DNA from: Methanocaldococcus indicus
GTDB lineage: Archaea > AGJL01 > Methanococci > Methanococcales > Methanocaldococcaceae
DNA: 64,000 nucleotides
Assembly: GCF_049554935.1 (NCBI RefSeq)
Contig: NZ_CP186926.1
Coordinates: 32,001-96,000 of the forward strand
Direction of reading: 5' to 3'
In this document: positions 10,298 through 21,188 of the stretch, in pieces
Layout of the letters: every line of letters begins with the position of its first letter
Numbering within the stretch: the first letter of the stretch is position 1
Translations under genes and position numbers: made by a program
The notes under the pieces: generated by a model
What the model saw: only the letters and a program-made list of their open reading frames with translations
What the model was told of the DNA's origin: nothing
Database searches by the model: none

Positions 10298-11773
10298 TTA
10301 TACTACAACTCCTTCTAAATACTTTGAATGAGCTTTAATGATTTTAACTTTCTTTTTTTGTCCAATATATTTTTTTCCTTTTTTAACAACTACCATTAAT
10401 CCACTATCTAAAAGATAACCAACAGCATCCTCTTTATTTTTTAGATGCTCCTCAGCAACAATAACCTCTATAACTTTTCCAACATATCTTTTTTTAATTT
10501 CTAAGTTTATTTTATTAGCAGTTTTTTTTATTAAATAGCTGTATTTAGTTAAATTTGGCTTAAAATTATAGAATGAGCTCATAGGAAGAGGTCTAAATCT
10601 ATATACTGTTATTTTATCAATATATGGCTTAATTTTGTGCATAAATTCAACAGTATTTTTAGCGGTTTCTTTATTTTCTCCTGGAAGTCCATAAATAAAA
10701 TAAACTTGTGCCTTTAAATTAAATTTCTTAGCTATTTTAACAGCTCTTAAAACATCTTCTGGATAAGAAGGCCTACCAATAAGTTCAGAATGTCTTTTAT
10801 CTCCTGTCTCACAGCCAATATATAAAGTAGTATTTAAATATTTTGATATTATTTTAGCTACTTTCTCATTAAACAAATTAGCTTTAACATTTTCAATCAT
10901 TATATTTGAGTTATACTTTTCAGCTAAATCTTTACAATTCTTTAAAAGAGAGTCTATTGCTTCATAATTCACTTCACCATATGGAGAAAATTGCTTTTCT
11001 CTTTTATAATCTAAAAAGTCAGGAGCAGATAAGACTATTCTTTTTACACCTCTCCTTAAAAGCTCTACTATCTCCTCTAAAATTTTTTCTTCATCTCTAC
11101 TTCTTGCATAGCCAAAAACAGAAGGAACTGAACAAAAACCACAACCAGGATTTATATTTAAAGGACATTTTAAAGTTCCTTCTTTACATAGAGAACATTT
11201 TTTATTTTTGCATAATAATAGAGCTCTTTTAAAATTACTACAACCTCTAACAACTTCCACATAAACTCTTGCTGATTTATAATTTTTATAATCTTCTATT
11301 TCATAAGAAGGTGTTATTAAACTTAAATCTTTTAAAATCTCTCTTAGTGAATTAATTTTTAATTCATCATCCCAGTAAGTTGTTCCTTTTACTTTTTCTG
11401 GATTAAAATCTTTTCTTATAAGTTCTCTTAAAGTTATTTCTGCCTCTCCAACAATTGTAATATCTCCTTCAATCTTCTCTAAAAGATATAAATCATTTGC
11501 AATTGGTCCTCCAATAATAATTTTTGAGTCAGTTTTTAATTTAATTTTTTGCACAAGTGTTTTTACTGCTTTAAAATCTGAGGTCATTGCACTTATAAAT
11601 ATTATATCTTCTTTTTTAATTTTAGATAGTGCTAAATCCTCATAAGGAATAATTTTAGCTTTAAAACCTACATTCTCTAAAATACCTTTAACAGTTCTTG
11701 GTCCTGCCCCTATTACATCCCTTGTTAATAACTTCTTACCATCCCCAACTGCTAAGCAATCAACTATAATCAT
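10298..11773 (-). CDS. Radical SAM protein with a Cys-rich insertion and a C-terminal TRAM-like domain
   Basis: EVVRGC...GCGFC, IGCETGD and YFIYGLPGE motifs; TRAM-like beta-rich C-terminus. Confidence 0.85.
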   Translation of the reverse strand: MIIVDCLAVGDGKKLLTRDVIGAGPRTVKGILENVGFKAKIIPYEDLALSKIKKEDIIFISAMTSDFKAVKTLVQKIKLKTDSKIIIGGPIANDLYLLEKIEGDITIVGEAEITLRELIRKDFNPEKVKGTTYWDDELKINSLREILKDLSLITPSYEIEDYKNYKSARVYVEVVRGCSNFKRALLLCKNKKCSLCKEGTLKCPLNINPGCGFCSVPSVFGYARSRDEEKILEEIVELLRRGVKRIVLSAPDFLDYKREKQFSPYGEVNYEAIDSLLKNCKDLAEKYNSNIMIENVKANLFNEKVAKIISKYLNTTLYIGCETGDKRHSELIGRPSYPEDVLRAVKIAKKFNLKAQVYFIYGLPGENKETAKNTVEFMHKIKPYIDKITVYRFRPLPMSSFYNFKPNLTKYSYLIKKTANKINLEIKKRYVGKVIEVIVAEEHLKNKEDAVGYLLDSGLMVVVKKGKKYIGQKKKVKIIKAHSKYLEGVVV

Positions 11774-11855
11774 AACCTCTCACATTACATAGAAAGTTTT
11801 AAAATTAATAGTTATATTTTTACTATTTGATGAGTTATTAAATAGGGTTTATATT

Positions 11856-12527
11856 ATGCACAAACAGAGATTTTGTTTAGATACAAGTGTCTTTACTGAG
11901 CCATCAGTAAGAAAAGCTCTTGGTTATAAAACAATAACAGAGCTAACAAATAGGTTAATGGATTTGATAGCTGAGGCAAGAGTAAAATTGAATATCTCTT
12001 GTCATATTCCTTATCCATCTGTTTATAATGAGTTAATAGGTTTCTTAGAAAATGAAAACTGTCCTAAAGATGTTATAATTAAAGTTGATACTTGGTTAAT
12101 TAAAAAGACCCCTAATAGGTATGAAATTCAAATGCCATCAGAAATTTTTTATAGCTATATAAAAGATTTAAGGGATAGGATAAATAAAGGGTTAAGAATT
12201 GGAGAGGAACATATAATAAAAACTGCTGATTTAGTTTATGAAGAACTCAAAAAGAATCCTGACATAAATAAAAGGGAACTTTTAAACAAAATCTTATCAA
12301 AAACAATAAATACATTTAGAAATAAATATAGAGCCGCTCTGAGAGTGGGAACATTAGACAGTGCTCCTGATTTAGATGTTCTATTATTAGCTAAGGAGTT
12401 AGATGCTGCTGTTGTGGCAAGTGATGGTGGAATTGAAAAATGGGCTCAAAAGTTAGGGTTAAGATTTGTTAATGCAGTAGATTTTCCATTTATGCTTGAA
12501 GAATATTTAAAACACTTTAAAAAGTGA
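11856..12527 (+). CDS. RNA-free RNase P (HARP, PIN-like fold)
   Basis: RFCLDTS, RINKGLRI, R.G.LDSAPDLDVLLLAKEL and SDGGI motifs. Confidence 0.9.
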   Translation: MHKQRFCLDTSVFTEPSVRKALGYKTITELTNRLMDLIAEARVKLNISCHIPYPSVYNELIGFLENENCPKDVIIKVDTWLIKKTPNRYEIQMPSEIFYSYIKDLRDRINKGLRIGEEHIIKTADLVYEELKKNPDINKRELLNKILSKTINTFRNKYRAALRVGTLDSAPDLDVLLLAKELDAAVVASDGGIEKWAQKLGLRFVNAVDFPFMLEEYLKHFKK

Positions 12528-12916
12528 TGATTATGACTTTTTTATTGATAAGAGGAGATAATTATGAAAAACTAAAAAATGCCTTAGCAGATGTAGATAG
12601 GCATGCAGAACTTACTATTATTGGAAAACCAAAAATTATAGTTCCTGAGGCAGCAGATGAAATTTTGTCAAAGATTTTAGGAGAAGTAAAAAAACCTTGT
12701 AAAACAGCATGTGTTGCTAAAATAGCAGAAAAAGCTCCTAAGGCCATAGATAGAATTAGAAAGATACATCCTCCTGCTCATATTGTAGTTATTAGTGACA
12801 GATATAGAGAGGTTTATTTTGGATTGTTGGAGGATTTTCCAAAACTTCCAGTATTAAGAGGATATTACAAATCTAAAAAGAAAAAATTAAATAAGCCAAA
12901 AAATAAATCTAAATAA
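12524..12916 (+). CDS. DUF356 family protein
   Basis: LIRGDN..K..NALADVDRHA and IHPPAHIVV motifs. Confidence 0.75.
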   Translation: MMIMTFLLIRGDNYEKLKNALADVDRHAELTIIGKPKIIVPEAADEILSKILGEVKKPCKTACVAKIAEKAPKAIDRIRKIHPPAHIVVISDRYREVYFGLLEDFPKLPVLRGYYKSKKKKLNKPKNKSK

Positions 12917-12938
12917 AATATTTTTATGGGAGATTTTT

Positions 12939-13436
12939 ATGCAACCTATTATTGTTGAAATTAAAGATAGAAAAAATGAACTAATTTTTAATGGTGAGAA
13001 AAAACTTAGGGAACTGTATGATACAAGGATAAAGTTAGAGCTTGCAAGAGATATGAACAATCCAAATGTTATAGAAAAATTAGAAGAAAAAGAACAAGAT
13101 TTAGTTTATGACTTATCAAAAATAGATTTGGCTATAAAAACATTAGAAGCTTTGGAGTATATTATTGAAAACAACATTTTTGAATCTTATTGGGAAAATA
13201 TTGAAAAAAAATATTCTTTGGATGATTTATTGGAAATAGTTGTAAGTAATGGATTAAATATCAAAAAAATATGTTTAGATTTATATGAAAGAGAAAATAT
13301 TAATGATAAGAAAATTTTGGACAATATTTTAAAACTTCCTGATGAAGAAGTATGTGAAGAATGTAAGGATAAAAATGCCTTCAAAAAGATGTTAGAAAGA
13401 ATCAAAATGTTAAAAGAAAAGTTGAAAGGTGAGTGA
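12939..13436 (+). CDS. Hypothetical protein
   Basis: In operon, abuts ileS. Confidence 0.7.
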   Translation: MQPIIVEIKDRKNELIFNGEKKLRELYDTRIKLELARDMNNPNVIEKLEEKEQDLVYDLSKIDLAIKTLEALEYIIENNIFESYWENIEKKYSLDDLLEIVVSNGLNIKKICLDLYERENINDKKILDNILKLPDEEVCEECKDKNAFKKMLERIKMLKEKLKGE

Positions 13437-16400
13437 ATGGAAAGAGTTGGGGATGTAAATTTTAGAGAGTTGGATAAAAAAATAAAAAAGTTTTGGGAAG
13501 AAAATAAAATTTATGAAAAAGTTAAAGAAAGAAATAGAGAAAATAAAGAGTTTTATTTTGTAGATGGTCCTCCTTATTGTTCTGGGGCTATACACTTAGG
13601 AACTGCTTGGAATAAGATAATTAAAGATACTTATTTAAGATTTAAGAGAATGCAAGGATACAATGTTTTAGATAAAGCTGGATGGGATATGCATGGTTTG
13701 CCAATAGAGGTAAAAGTTGAGCAAACACTTGGAATAAAATGTAAGAAAGATATTGAAAATTATGGTGTTGATAAATTTATAGAAAAGTGTAAAGAATTTG
13801 CTCTAAAACATAAAGAAATTATGGAAAATCAATTTAAAAATTTAGGGGTATGGTTAGATTGGGAAAATGCATACATGCCTATAACTAAGGAATATATGGA
13901 GATAGGTTGGTGGACATTAAAGAAAGCTTATGAAAAAGGATTATTAAAGAAAGATTTGAGGGTTGTTTATTGGTGTCCAAGGTGTGAGACAGCTTTAGCT
14001 GAGCATGAGGTTAGAGGAGAGTATAAAGAAGTTGAAGACCCTTCATTATATTGTAAATTTAAGTTAGAGGATGAAGATGCTTATTTAATAATATGGACAA
14101 CAACTCCATGGACATTAGTTGCTAATTTAGCTGTGGCTGTTCATCCTGAATATGACTACTGTTATGTTGAAGTTGAAAAGGACAACAAAAAAGAAGTTTG
14201 GATAATAGCTGAGAAGTTAGTTGAAGATGTTTTAAGAAAAGCTAAAATCTCCAATTATAAAATAATTAATAAAGTTAAAGGTAAGGATTTAGAATTTAAA
14301 AAATATATTCATCCTCTTTTAGATGAAGTAGAAAAACAGAGAGAATTTAGAGAAAAAGCACATTTTGTTATTTTGGGTGAGCATGTAACTTTGGAAGGAG
14401 GAACTGGATTAGTTCATACTGCTCCTGGACATGGGGAGGAAGATTTTGAAGTAGCTAAAAGATACAATCTTCCTATTTATTCTCCAATAGATGACCAAGG
14501 TAGATATACAGAAGGAAAATGGAAGGGAATGTTTGTTAAAGATGCAGATAGGGAGATAGTTAAAACCTTAGAAGATAAAGGGTTATTAGTAAGTTTTGGG
14601 AAGATAAAGCATAGTTATCCTCACTGTTGGAGATGTAAAACACCACTCTTATTTAGAGCAACAGAACAATGGTTCTTAATGATTTCAAAAATTAAAGATA
14701 ACATAATTGAGCAAGCTAAGACAGTTGAATGGATTCCTGACTGGATAGAAACAAGATATATAAATGGAGTCAAATTTGTTGGAGATTGGAACATATCAAG
14801 ACAAAGATATTGGGGTATTCCAATTCCTGTATGGGTTTGTGAGAAATGTGGAAAATATGTTGTTATAGGAAGTATAGAAGAGCTAAAAGAGAGAGCAATT
14901 GAAAAAGTGGAGTTAGAAGATTTACATAAACCTTATGTTGATAATATTAAGTTAAGATGTGAATGTTCAGGAGTTATGAAGAGAATTCCAGATGTTTTAG
15001 ATGTTTGGTTTGATTCTGGATTAGCTCCTTATGCATCTATAAACTCAAAAGAACTTAAAAAAGCAGATTTTATAACAGAAGGACATGACCAAGTTACAAA
15101 GTGGTTCTACTCTCAGCATGCACTATCAGCCATCATATTCAATGATGTTCCATACAAAAAATGTCTAACTCATGGTTTTACTTTGGATGAGAAAGGAGAC
15201 AAGATGAGTAAAAGTTTAGGAAATATTGTAAGTCCTGATGATGTTGTTGAAAAATATGGTGCTGATATATTAAGATTCTATTTATTATCTGCAAATAAAG
15301 TTTGGGAAGATTTAAGATTTGTATGGAGTGAAGTAGATGATGTTTTAAGTGTATTCAATACATTATGGAATATATATAAATTTGCAGTTAATTATATGGT
15401 TTTAGATAACTTTAAACCAAAAGATGAATACTTTAACTATGTAAAAGATGAAGATAAATGGCTTTTGAGTAGAATAAATAGCTTAGCAAAGTTAGCAGTT
15501 GAAAGTTTAGAAAAACCATATTTCCATACATACACATGGGCAATTAAGGACTTTATTGTGAATGATTTAAGTAGATGGTATATAAGGTTAATAAGAGATA
15601 GAACTTGGAAAGAAGGAGAAGATAAAGATAAATTTTCAGCTTATCAAACACTTTACTACTGTTTAATGAAACTCTCTAAAATAATAGCTCCTGTAACTCC
15701 ACATATTGCTGAGGAAATTTACCAAAACTTAAAAGATAATGAAGATTTAGAAAGTGTATTTATGCATAAAATTGAGATAGATGAGAACTTTATAGATAGG
15801 GAGTTAGAGGAAGATATGGACATAGTAAGGGAAATAGTAGATGCAATATATAGAGGAAGAGATAAAATAAAATACACATTGAGATATCCTTTGAAGGAGA
15901 TAGTTATCTCATGCCCTGATGATGTTAAAAAATCAATAGAAAGATTTAGTTATATAATAAAAGAACAAGGAAATATTAAAGAGCTTAAATTTGGTGAAAT
16001 GGGAGAGTATAAGATAAAACCTAATTATAGAGAGTTAGGTAGAAGATACAAAAAAGATGTTCCTAAGGTTGTTGAACTTTTAAACAAGGTTGATGCAAAA
16101 GAATTTTTAGAAAAATTAAAAGAAGATGGGAAGGTAATTTTAGAAGGTTATGAAATACTTCCAGAGTATATAGATATAAAAATTGAGCTTCCAGAAGATA
16201 TAGAAGGGATAGAGTTTAGTAAAGGAACTATATATATAAATGCAAAATTTGATGAAGAACTAATAAAAGAAGGTTTAATGAGAGAAGTAATAAGAAGAAT
16301 ACAAGCAATGAGAAAAGATTTAGATTTGGATATTGAAGATAAAATTAAATTTAGTGTTGAGGGATTAGATATTGAGGAGTTTAAAGATAAAATAGAGAGA

Positions 16401-16514
16401 GAGGTTAGGGGAATATATACAAAAGATTTAAAACCTGAATATGAAAAAGTTTGGGAAATAAAAACACCTAACAAAAAAGTTTATAATATAAAAATATCTA
16501 TTGAAAAAATCTAA
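13437..16514 (+). CDS. ileS: Isoleucine--tRNA ligase
   Basis: DGPPY..G.IHLG, WTTTPWT, GTGLVH, DWNISRQRYWG and KMSKS motifs. Confidence 0.98.
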   Translation: MERVGDVNFRELDKKIKKFWEENKIYEKVKERNRENKEFYFVDGPPYCSGAIHLGTAWNKIIKDTYLRFKRMQGYNVLDKAGWDMHGLPIEVKVEQTLGIKCKKDIENYGVDKFIEKCKEFALKHKEIMENQFKNLGVWLDWENAYMPITKEYMEIGWWTLKKAYEKGLLKKDLRVVYWCPRCETALAEHEVRGEYKEVEDPSLYCKFKLEDEDAYLIIWTTTPWTLVANLAVAVHPEYDYCYVEVEKDNKKEVWIIAEKLVEDVLRKAKISNYKIINKVKGKDLEFKKYIHPLLDEVEKQREFREKAHFVILGEHVTLEGGTGLVHTAPGHGEEDFEVAKRYNLPIYSPIDDQGRYTEGKWKGMFVKDADREIVKTLEDKGLLVSFGKIKHSYPHCWRCKTPLLFRATEQWFLMISKIKDNIIEQAKTVEWIPDWIETRYINGVKFVGDWNISRQRYWGIPIPVWVCEKCGKYVVIGSIEELKERAIEKVELEDLHKPYVDNIKLRCECSGVMKRIPDVLDVWFDSGLAPYASINSKELKKADFITEGHDQVTKWFYSQHALSAIIFNDVPYKKCLTHGFTLDEKGDKMSKSLGNIVSPDDVVEKYGADILRFYLLSANKVWEDLRFVWSEVDDVLSVFNTLWNIYKFAVNYMVLDNFKPKDEYFNYVKDEDKWLLSRINSLAKLAVESLEKPYFHTYTWAIKDFIVNDLSRWYIRLIRDRTWKEGEDKDKFSAYQTLYYCLMKLSKIIAPVTPHIAEEIYQNLKDNEDLESVFMHKIEIDENFIDRELEEDMDIVREIVDAIYRGRDKIKYTLRYPLKEIVISCPDDVKKSIERFSYIIKEQGNIKELKFGEMGEYKIKPNYRELGRRYKKDVPKVVELLNKVDAKEFLEKLKEDGKVILEGYEILPEYIDIKIELPEDIEGIEFSKGTIYINAKFDEELIKEGLMREVIRRIQAMRKDLDLDIEDKIKFSVEGLDIEEFKDKIEREVRGIYTKDLKPEYEKVWEIKTPNKKVYNIKISIEKI

Positions 16515-16586
16515 ATTCTAAACTTCTATTTTTTTATTTTCAATACTTTATATTTAAATTAAAAAAATATTAAAGTGTGATTGGAT

Positions 16587-17249
16587 ATGGTTAAAATAGG
16601 AGCTTCAATTTTGTCAGCTGATTTTAGTAATCTAAAAGAGGAAATAAAAAAAGCAGAAGATGCTGGAGTGGATTTTTTCCATGTTGATATGATGGATGGT
16701 CATTTTGTCCCTAATATAAGTATGGGGATTGGAATAGCTAAGCATGTAAAGAAAATAACAAAATTGCCAGTTGATGTGCATTTAATGGTTGAGAATGTTT
16801 CTCTATTTATTGATGAGTTTAAAGGTATGGACTATATAACATTTCATATAGAAGCTGTTAGATTTCCATTTAGAATAATTAATAAGATAAATGAAATAAA
16901 TGCTAAACCTATAGTTGCTATAAATCCTGCAACACCATTAGATGCAATAGAGTATATATTAGATGATGTATATGGAGTTTTAGTTATGACTGTTGAGCCA
17001 GGATTTGCTGGGCAGAAATTTATTCCAGTTATGTTAAAAAAGATTAGAAAATTAAAAAGTTTAATTGTAGAGAATAGTTATGATACAAAGATTTTTGTTG
17101 ATGGAGGAATAAATATAGAAACTGCTCCTAAGGCGGTTAAAGCTGGAGCTGATGCTATTATAGCAGCTTCTGCAATATTTGGAAAAGGAAATGTACAAGA
17201 ATCAGTTAAACAATTAAGAGAAGCTATAAGGGGAGTTAAATATGGTTAA
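16587..17249 (+). CDS. rpe: Ribulose-phosphate 3-epimerase
   Basis: SILSADF, HVDMMDGHFVPN, MTVEPGFAGQ and VDGG motifs. Confidence 0.96.
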   Translation: MVKIGASILSADFSNLKEEIKKAEDAGVDFFHVDMMDGHFVPNISMGIGIAKHVKKITKLPVDVHLMVENVSLFIDEFKGMDYITFHIEAVRFPFRIINKINEINAKPIVAINPATPLDAIEYILDDVYGVLVMTVEPGFAGQKFIPVMLKKIRKLKSLIVENSYDTKIFVDGGINIETAPKAVKAGADAIIAASAIFGKGNVQESVKQLREAIRGVKYG

Positions 17250-18192
17250 GTTAAGTGGAGTATATAAAGGAATGAGAAAAGCTTATGGAGAAACATTAGT
17301 AGAGTTAGGTGAAAAGTATAAAAATTTAGTTGTGTTAGATGCTGATTTATCATCCTCAACTCAGACTGCAATGTTTGCAAAAAAATTTCCAGAGAGATTT
17401 TTCAATGTAGGGATTGCTGAACAGAATTTAATGGGAGTATCTGCTGGATTAGCCACAACTGATAAAATTGTTTTTGCATCATCTTTTGCAATGTTTGCAG
17501 CTGGAAGACCATGGGAAATTATTAGAAATATTATTGCTTATCCTAAGCTAAATGTTAAAATTGTTGCTACACATGCGGGAATAACTGTTGGAGAAGATGG
17601 CGCATCTCATCAAATGACAGAGGATATAGCAATAATGAGAGCTATTCCAAATATGGTAGTTATTGCTCCTTCTGACTATTATCATACAAAGAATGTTATT
17701 AGAGAGATAGCTAAATACAAAGGACCTGTTTATGTAAGAATGCCAAGAAGAGATACAGAAATTATTTATGAGAATGAAGAAGAAGCAACATTTAAAATAG
17801 GAGAAGGTAAAGTTTTGAAAGAGGGAGAGGATTTAACAATTATAGCAACAGGAGAAGAAGTGCCAGAAGCTTTAAGAGCTTATGAAATATTAAAAGAAAA
17901 TAATATTTCTGCTGAAATTGTTGAATTAGCAACAATAAAACCAATTGATAAAGATATAATAAAGAAGGCAAATGACTTTATTGTTACTTTGGAAGACCAC
18001 AACATAATTGGAGGTTTAGGAAGTGCTGTTAGTGAAGTTATAGCAACAGAAGGGTTAAATAAAAGATTAATGATGATAGGAGTTCCTGATGTCTTTGGAA
18101 GAAGTGGAAAAGCAGATGAATTGTTAAAATACTTTGGATTGGATGGAGAGAGTGTAGCTAAAAGAATTATGCAGATGATTAAAAATGGATGA
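17242..18192 (+). CDS. Transketolase, C-terminal (pyrimidine-binding) subunit
   Basis: GIAEQN, GEDGASHQ and GPVYVR motifs. Confidence 0.92.
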   Translation: MVKLSGVYKGMRKAYGETLVELGEKYKNLVVLDADLSSSTQTAMFAKKFPERFFNVGIAEQNLMGVSAGLATTDKIVFASSFAMFAAGRPWEIIRNIIAYPKLNVKIVATHAGITVGEDGASHQMTEDIAIMRAIPNMVVIAPSDYYHTKNVIREIAKYKGPVYVRMPRRDTEIIYENEEEATFKIGEGKVLKEGEDLTIIATGEEVPEALRAYEILKENNISAEIVELATIKPIDKDIIKKANDFIVTLEDHNIIGGLGSAVSEVIATEGLNKRLMMIGVPDVFGRSGKADELLKYFGLDGESVAKRIMQMIKNG

Positions 18193-19384
18193 AAAATTTG
18201 CCTCTAAATATGAAATATCTATTTTAAATAATTTGACTAAAAAAAACTTTTCTAATGATTTAGCAATAATTTTAAAAAAGATTGGGGGATTAGATTATAG
18301 AAAAAAGGTTTTTATAAGAGATAAATGTATTGGAATTTTAGAATTTGATTTGAATAAATTGGATTGGGTCTTCCATCCTTATGCTTCCTACTATTTATTA
18401 GAAGAGCCAAAAATAAAACTGAAAGATACAAAAAGGAAAATTAAAGGGAAAAAAGTTCCTCTAAATTTAATAGAGAATATAGAGGAGTTTAAAAAATTGG
18501 AAGATGGATATGTTGGTGTTGAATTAAAAAATTATGTAGGAGTTGGAATAAAAAAAGGAAATACTTTAAAAATCAAAGATTTGACTTTTAAAGATGAAGA
18601 GATAAAATTTGAAAAGATAGAGGAATATATAAAAAGAAATAAAGAAAGATTAGAAAAATTAGAAAGAAAAGCTAAAAACATAATTAGTAAATATAAAGAT
18701 AAAGATATAAATACATCTTTTTCAGGAGGTAAGGATAGTTTAGTATCTACATTATTAGCCAATGATATAATAAAAGATTTAGAAGTCATCTTTATAGATA
18801 CTGGTTTAGAGTATCCTGAGACTATAAAGTATGTGAAAGATATTGCTAAAAAATATGATTTAAACTTAGTTATTTTAAAAGGAGATGATTTTTGGGAAAA
18901 CTTAGAGAAGTATGGAGTTCCTACAAAGGATAACAGGTGGTGTAACTCAATACTAAAACTAAATCCATTAAGGGAGTATTTAAAGAAGTATAAGTTAGTT
19001 TATACTGTTGATGGAACAAGAAGGTATGAAAGCTTTACAAGGTGTAAGTTAAGTTATGAAAGAAAAAGCTCTTTTATAGATAATCAAATAAATGTATTTC
19101 CTATATTAGATTGGAAAGCAACTGATGTTTTTAGCTGGATATATAAAAATGAAGTGCCTTACAATCCACTATATGATAAAGGTTTTGAGAGAATAGGCTG
19201 CTATTTATGCCCTGCTGCTCTAACATCAGAGTTTTTGAGAGTTAAAGAGCTGTATCCTAATCTATTTAATAAGTGGTTTAATACATTGAAAAAGTTTGGT
19301 TATTCTGATGAAGAGATTTTAAAAGGTTTTTGGAGATGGAAAGAACTCCCTAAAAAGATGAAAGAACTTTTAAAGGTGAAATAA
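18185..19384 (+). CDS. PAPS/APS reductase family protein
   Basis: SFSGGKDS, DTGLEYPET, RRYES and RIGCYLCP motifs. Confidence 0.85.
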   Translation: MDEKFASKYEISILNNLTKKNFSNDLAIILKKIGGLDYRKKVFIRDKCIGILEFDLNKLDWVFHPYASYYLLEEPKIKLKDTKRKIKGKKVPLNLIENIEEFKKLEDGYVGVELKNYVGVGIKKGNTLKIKDLTFKDEEIKFEKIEEYIKRNKERLEKLERKAKNIISKYKDKDINTSFSGGKDSLVSTLLANDIIKDLEVIFIDTGLEYPETIKYVKDIAKKYDLNLVILKGDDFWENLEKYGVPTKDNRWCNSILKLNPLREYLKKYKLVYTVDGTRRYESFTRCKLSYERKSSFIDNQINVFPILDWKATDVFSWIYKNEVPYNPLYDKGFERIGCYLCPAALTSEFLRVKELYPNLFNKWFNTLKKFGYSDEEILKGFWRWKELPKKMKELLKVK

Positions 19385-19386
19385 TA

Positions 19387-20595
19387 ATGATAAAACAAAG
19401 ATGTATAGAATGTGGGAAAGAGTATAATGTTAATGAGGTAGTATATACTTGTGAATGTGGTGGTTTATTAGAAATAATTTATGACTATGATAGTATTGAA
19501 TTAGATAGAGATAGTTTTAAAGGTAGAGAGTTTGGAGTTTGGAGATATATTGAACTCCTCCCAGTTAAGGATAAAGATAAAATTGTATCATTAAAAGAAG
19601 GTAATACTCCTCTATATAGATGTAAGAATTTAGAGAAAGAACTTGGGATTAAAGAGTTGTATGTAAAAAATGAAGGGGCTAATCCAACAGGAAGTTTTAA
19701 GGATAGAGGAATGACAGTTGGAGTTAGTTTAGCTAATGTTTTGGGAGTTGATGTGGTAGGATGTGCTTCAACAGGAAATACATCTGCTTCATTAGCTGCT
19801 TATTCTGCTAAGGCAAATAAAAAATGTATTGTTCTTCTTCCAGAGGGAAAAGTTGCATTAGGAAAGTTAGCTCAAGCTATGTTTTATGGAGCTATGGTTA
19901 TAGAGATAGCTGGAAACTTTGATAAAGCTTTGGAAATGGTAAGAAAGTTGGCAGAAAATAAGTATCTCTATCTTTTAAATTCAGTTAATCCATTTAGATT
20001 AGAAGGACAAAAAACTATTGGTTTTGAGATAGCAGAACAGTTAAATTGGGATGTTCCTGATAGAGTGGTAGTTCCAGTTGGAAATGCTGGAAATATATCG
20101 GCGATATGGAAAGGTTTTAAAGAATTTTATAAGATTGGATTAATTGATAATCTACCAAAAATGACAGGAATACAAGCAGAAGGAGCTAAACCAATAGTAG
20201 AAGCTTTCAAAAGAGGAGATAAAGATATTAAACCTTATGATAATCCTGAGACAGTTGCAACAGCTATAAGAATTGGAAATCCTGTAAATGCTAAGAAGGC
20301 ATTAGATGCTATTTATTCATCAAATGGATATGCTGAATCAGTAAGTGATGAAGAAATTTTAGAAGCTCAAAAGTTATTAGCAAGAAGAGAAGGAATATTT
20401 GTTGAGCCAGCTTCAGCTTCATCAATTGCAGGATTAAAAAAACTCTTAGAAGAGGGAGTTATTGATAGAGATGAAAGAGTTGTATGTATAACAACAGGAC
20501 ATGGTTTAAAAGACCCAGATACTGCTATAAAGGCATGTGAGAAACCTATTAAAGTTAAAGATATGGATGAGTTATTAAAGATTATTAAAAACTAA
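19387..20595 (+). CDS. thrC: Threonine synthase
   Basis: NPTGSFKDRG PLP lysine, ASTGNTSAS, PVGNAGN. Confidence 0.95.
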   Translation: MIKQRCIECGKEYNVNEVVYTCECGGLLEIIYDYDSIELDRDSFKGREFGVWRYIELLPVKDKDKIVSLKEGNTPLYRCKNLEKELGIKELYVKNEGANPTGSFKDRGMTVGVSLANVLGVDVVGCASTGNTSASLAAYSAKANKKCIVLLPEGKVALGKLAQAMFYGAMVIEIAGNFDKALEMVRKLAENKYLYLLNSVNPFRLEGQKTIGFEIAEQLNWDVPDRVVVPVGNAGNISAIWKGFKEFYKIGLIDNLPKMTGIQAEGAKPIVEAFKRGDKDIKPYDNPETVATAIRIGNPVNAKKALDAIYSSNGYAESVSDEEILEAQKLLARREGIFVEPASASSIAGLKKLLEEGVIDRDERVVCITTGHGLKDPDTAIKACEKPIKVKDMDELLKIIKN

Positions 20596-20624
20596 ATTAA
20601 AATTTTTTCTTTTTTGTGAGAATT

Positions 20625-21188
20625 ATGAAGATAGTTGTATGCATAACTGGTGCTTCTGGTGTAGTTTATGGTAAGAGATTATTGGAAGTATTGAATAAAA
20701 AAAATATATCTGTTGATTTAATTATTTCAGAATCAGCTAAGAAGATAATAAAAGAGGAGTTAGATATCTCTTGGGAGAAGTTAAAAGATTTAGCCAACAA
20801 CTACTACAATGAAGATGATTTTTTTTCACCTATTGCCTCTGGCTCAAATAAATTTGATGCAGTTGTTATATCCCCCTGTTCTATGAAAACATTATCAGCA
20901 GTTGCAAATGGTTACTCTTACAATTTAATTGTTAGAGTTGCAGACATAGCCCTAAAAGAAAGAAGGAAATTAATCATTTTACCAAGAGAAACCCCTTTAA
21001 ATAGCATCCACTTAGAAAATATGCTTAAACTTTCAAATTTAGGAGCAATAATAATGCCACCAATTCCAGCTTTTTATACAAAACCTAAAACTGTTGATGA
21101 TATCATTGACTTTATTGTGGGAAGAGTTTTAGATTTGTTAAATATTGAGAATAATTTATATAGAAGGTGGGGAAAGGATGTTGGATAG
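20625..21188 (+). CDS. ubiX: Flavin prenyltransferase
   Basis: ITGASG, IASGS, PCSMKT, RETPL and P.PAFY motifs. Confidence 0.93.
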   Translation: MKIVVCITGASGVVYGKRLLEVLNKKNISVDLIISESAKKIIKEELDISWEKLKDLANNYYNEDDFFSPIASGSNKFDAVVISPCSMKTLSAVANGYSYNLIVRVADIALKERRKLIILPRETPLNSIHLENMLKLSNLGAIIMPPIPAFYTKPKTVDDIIDFIVGRVLDLLNIENNLYRRWGKDVG

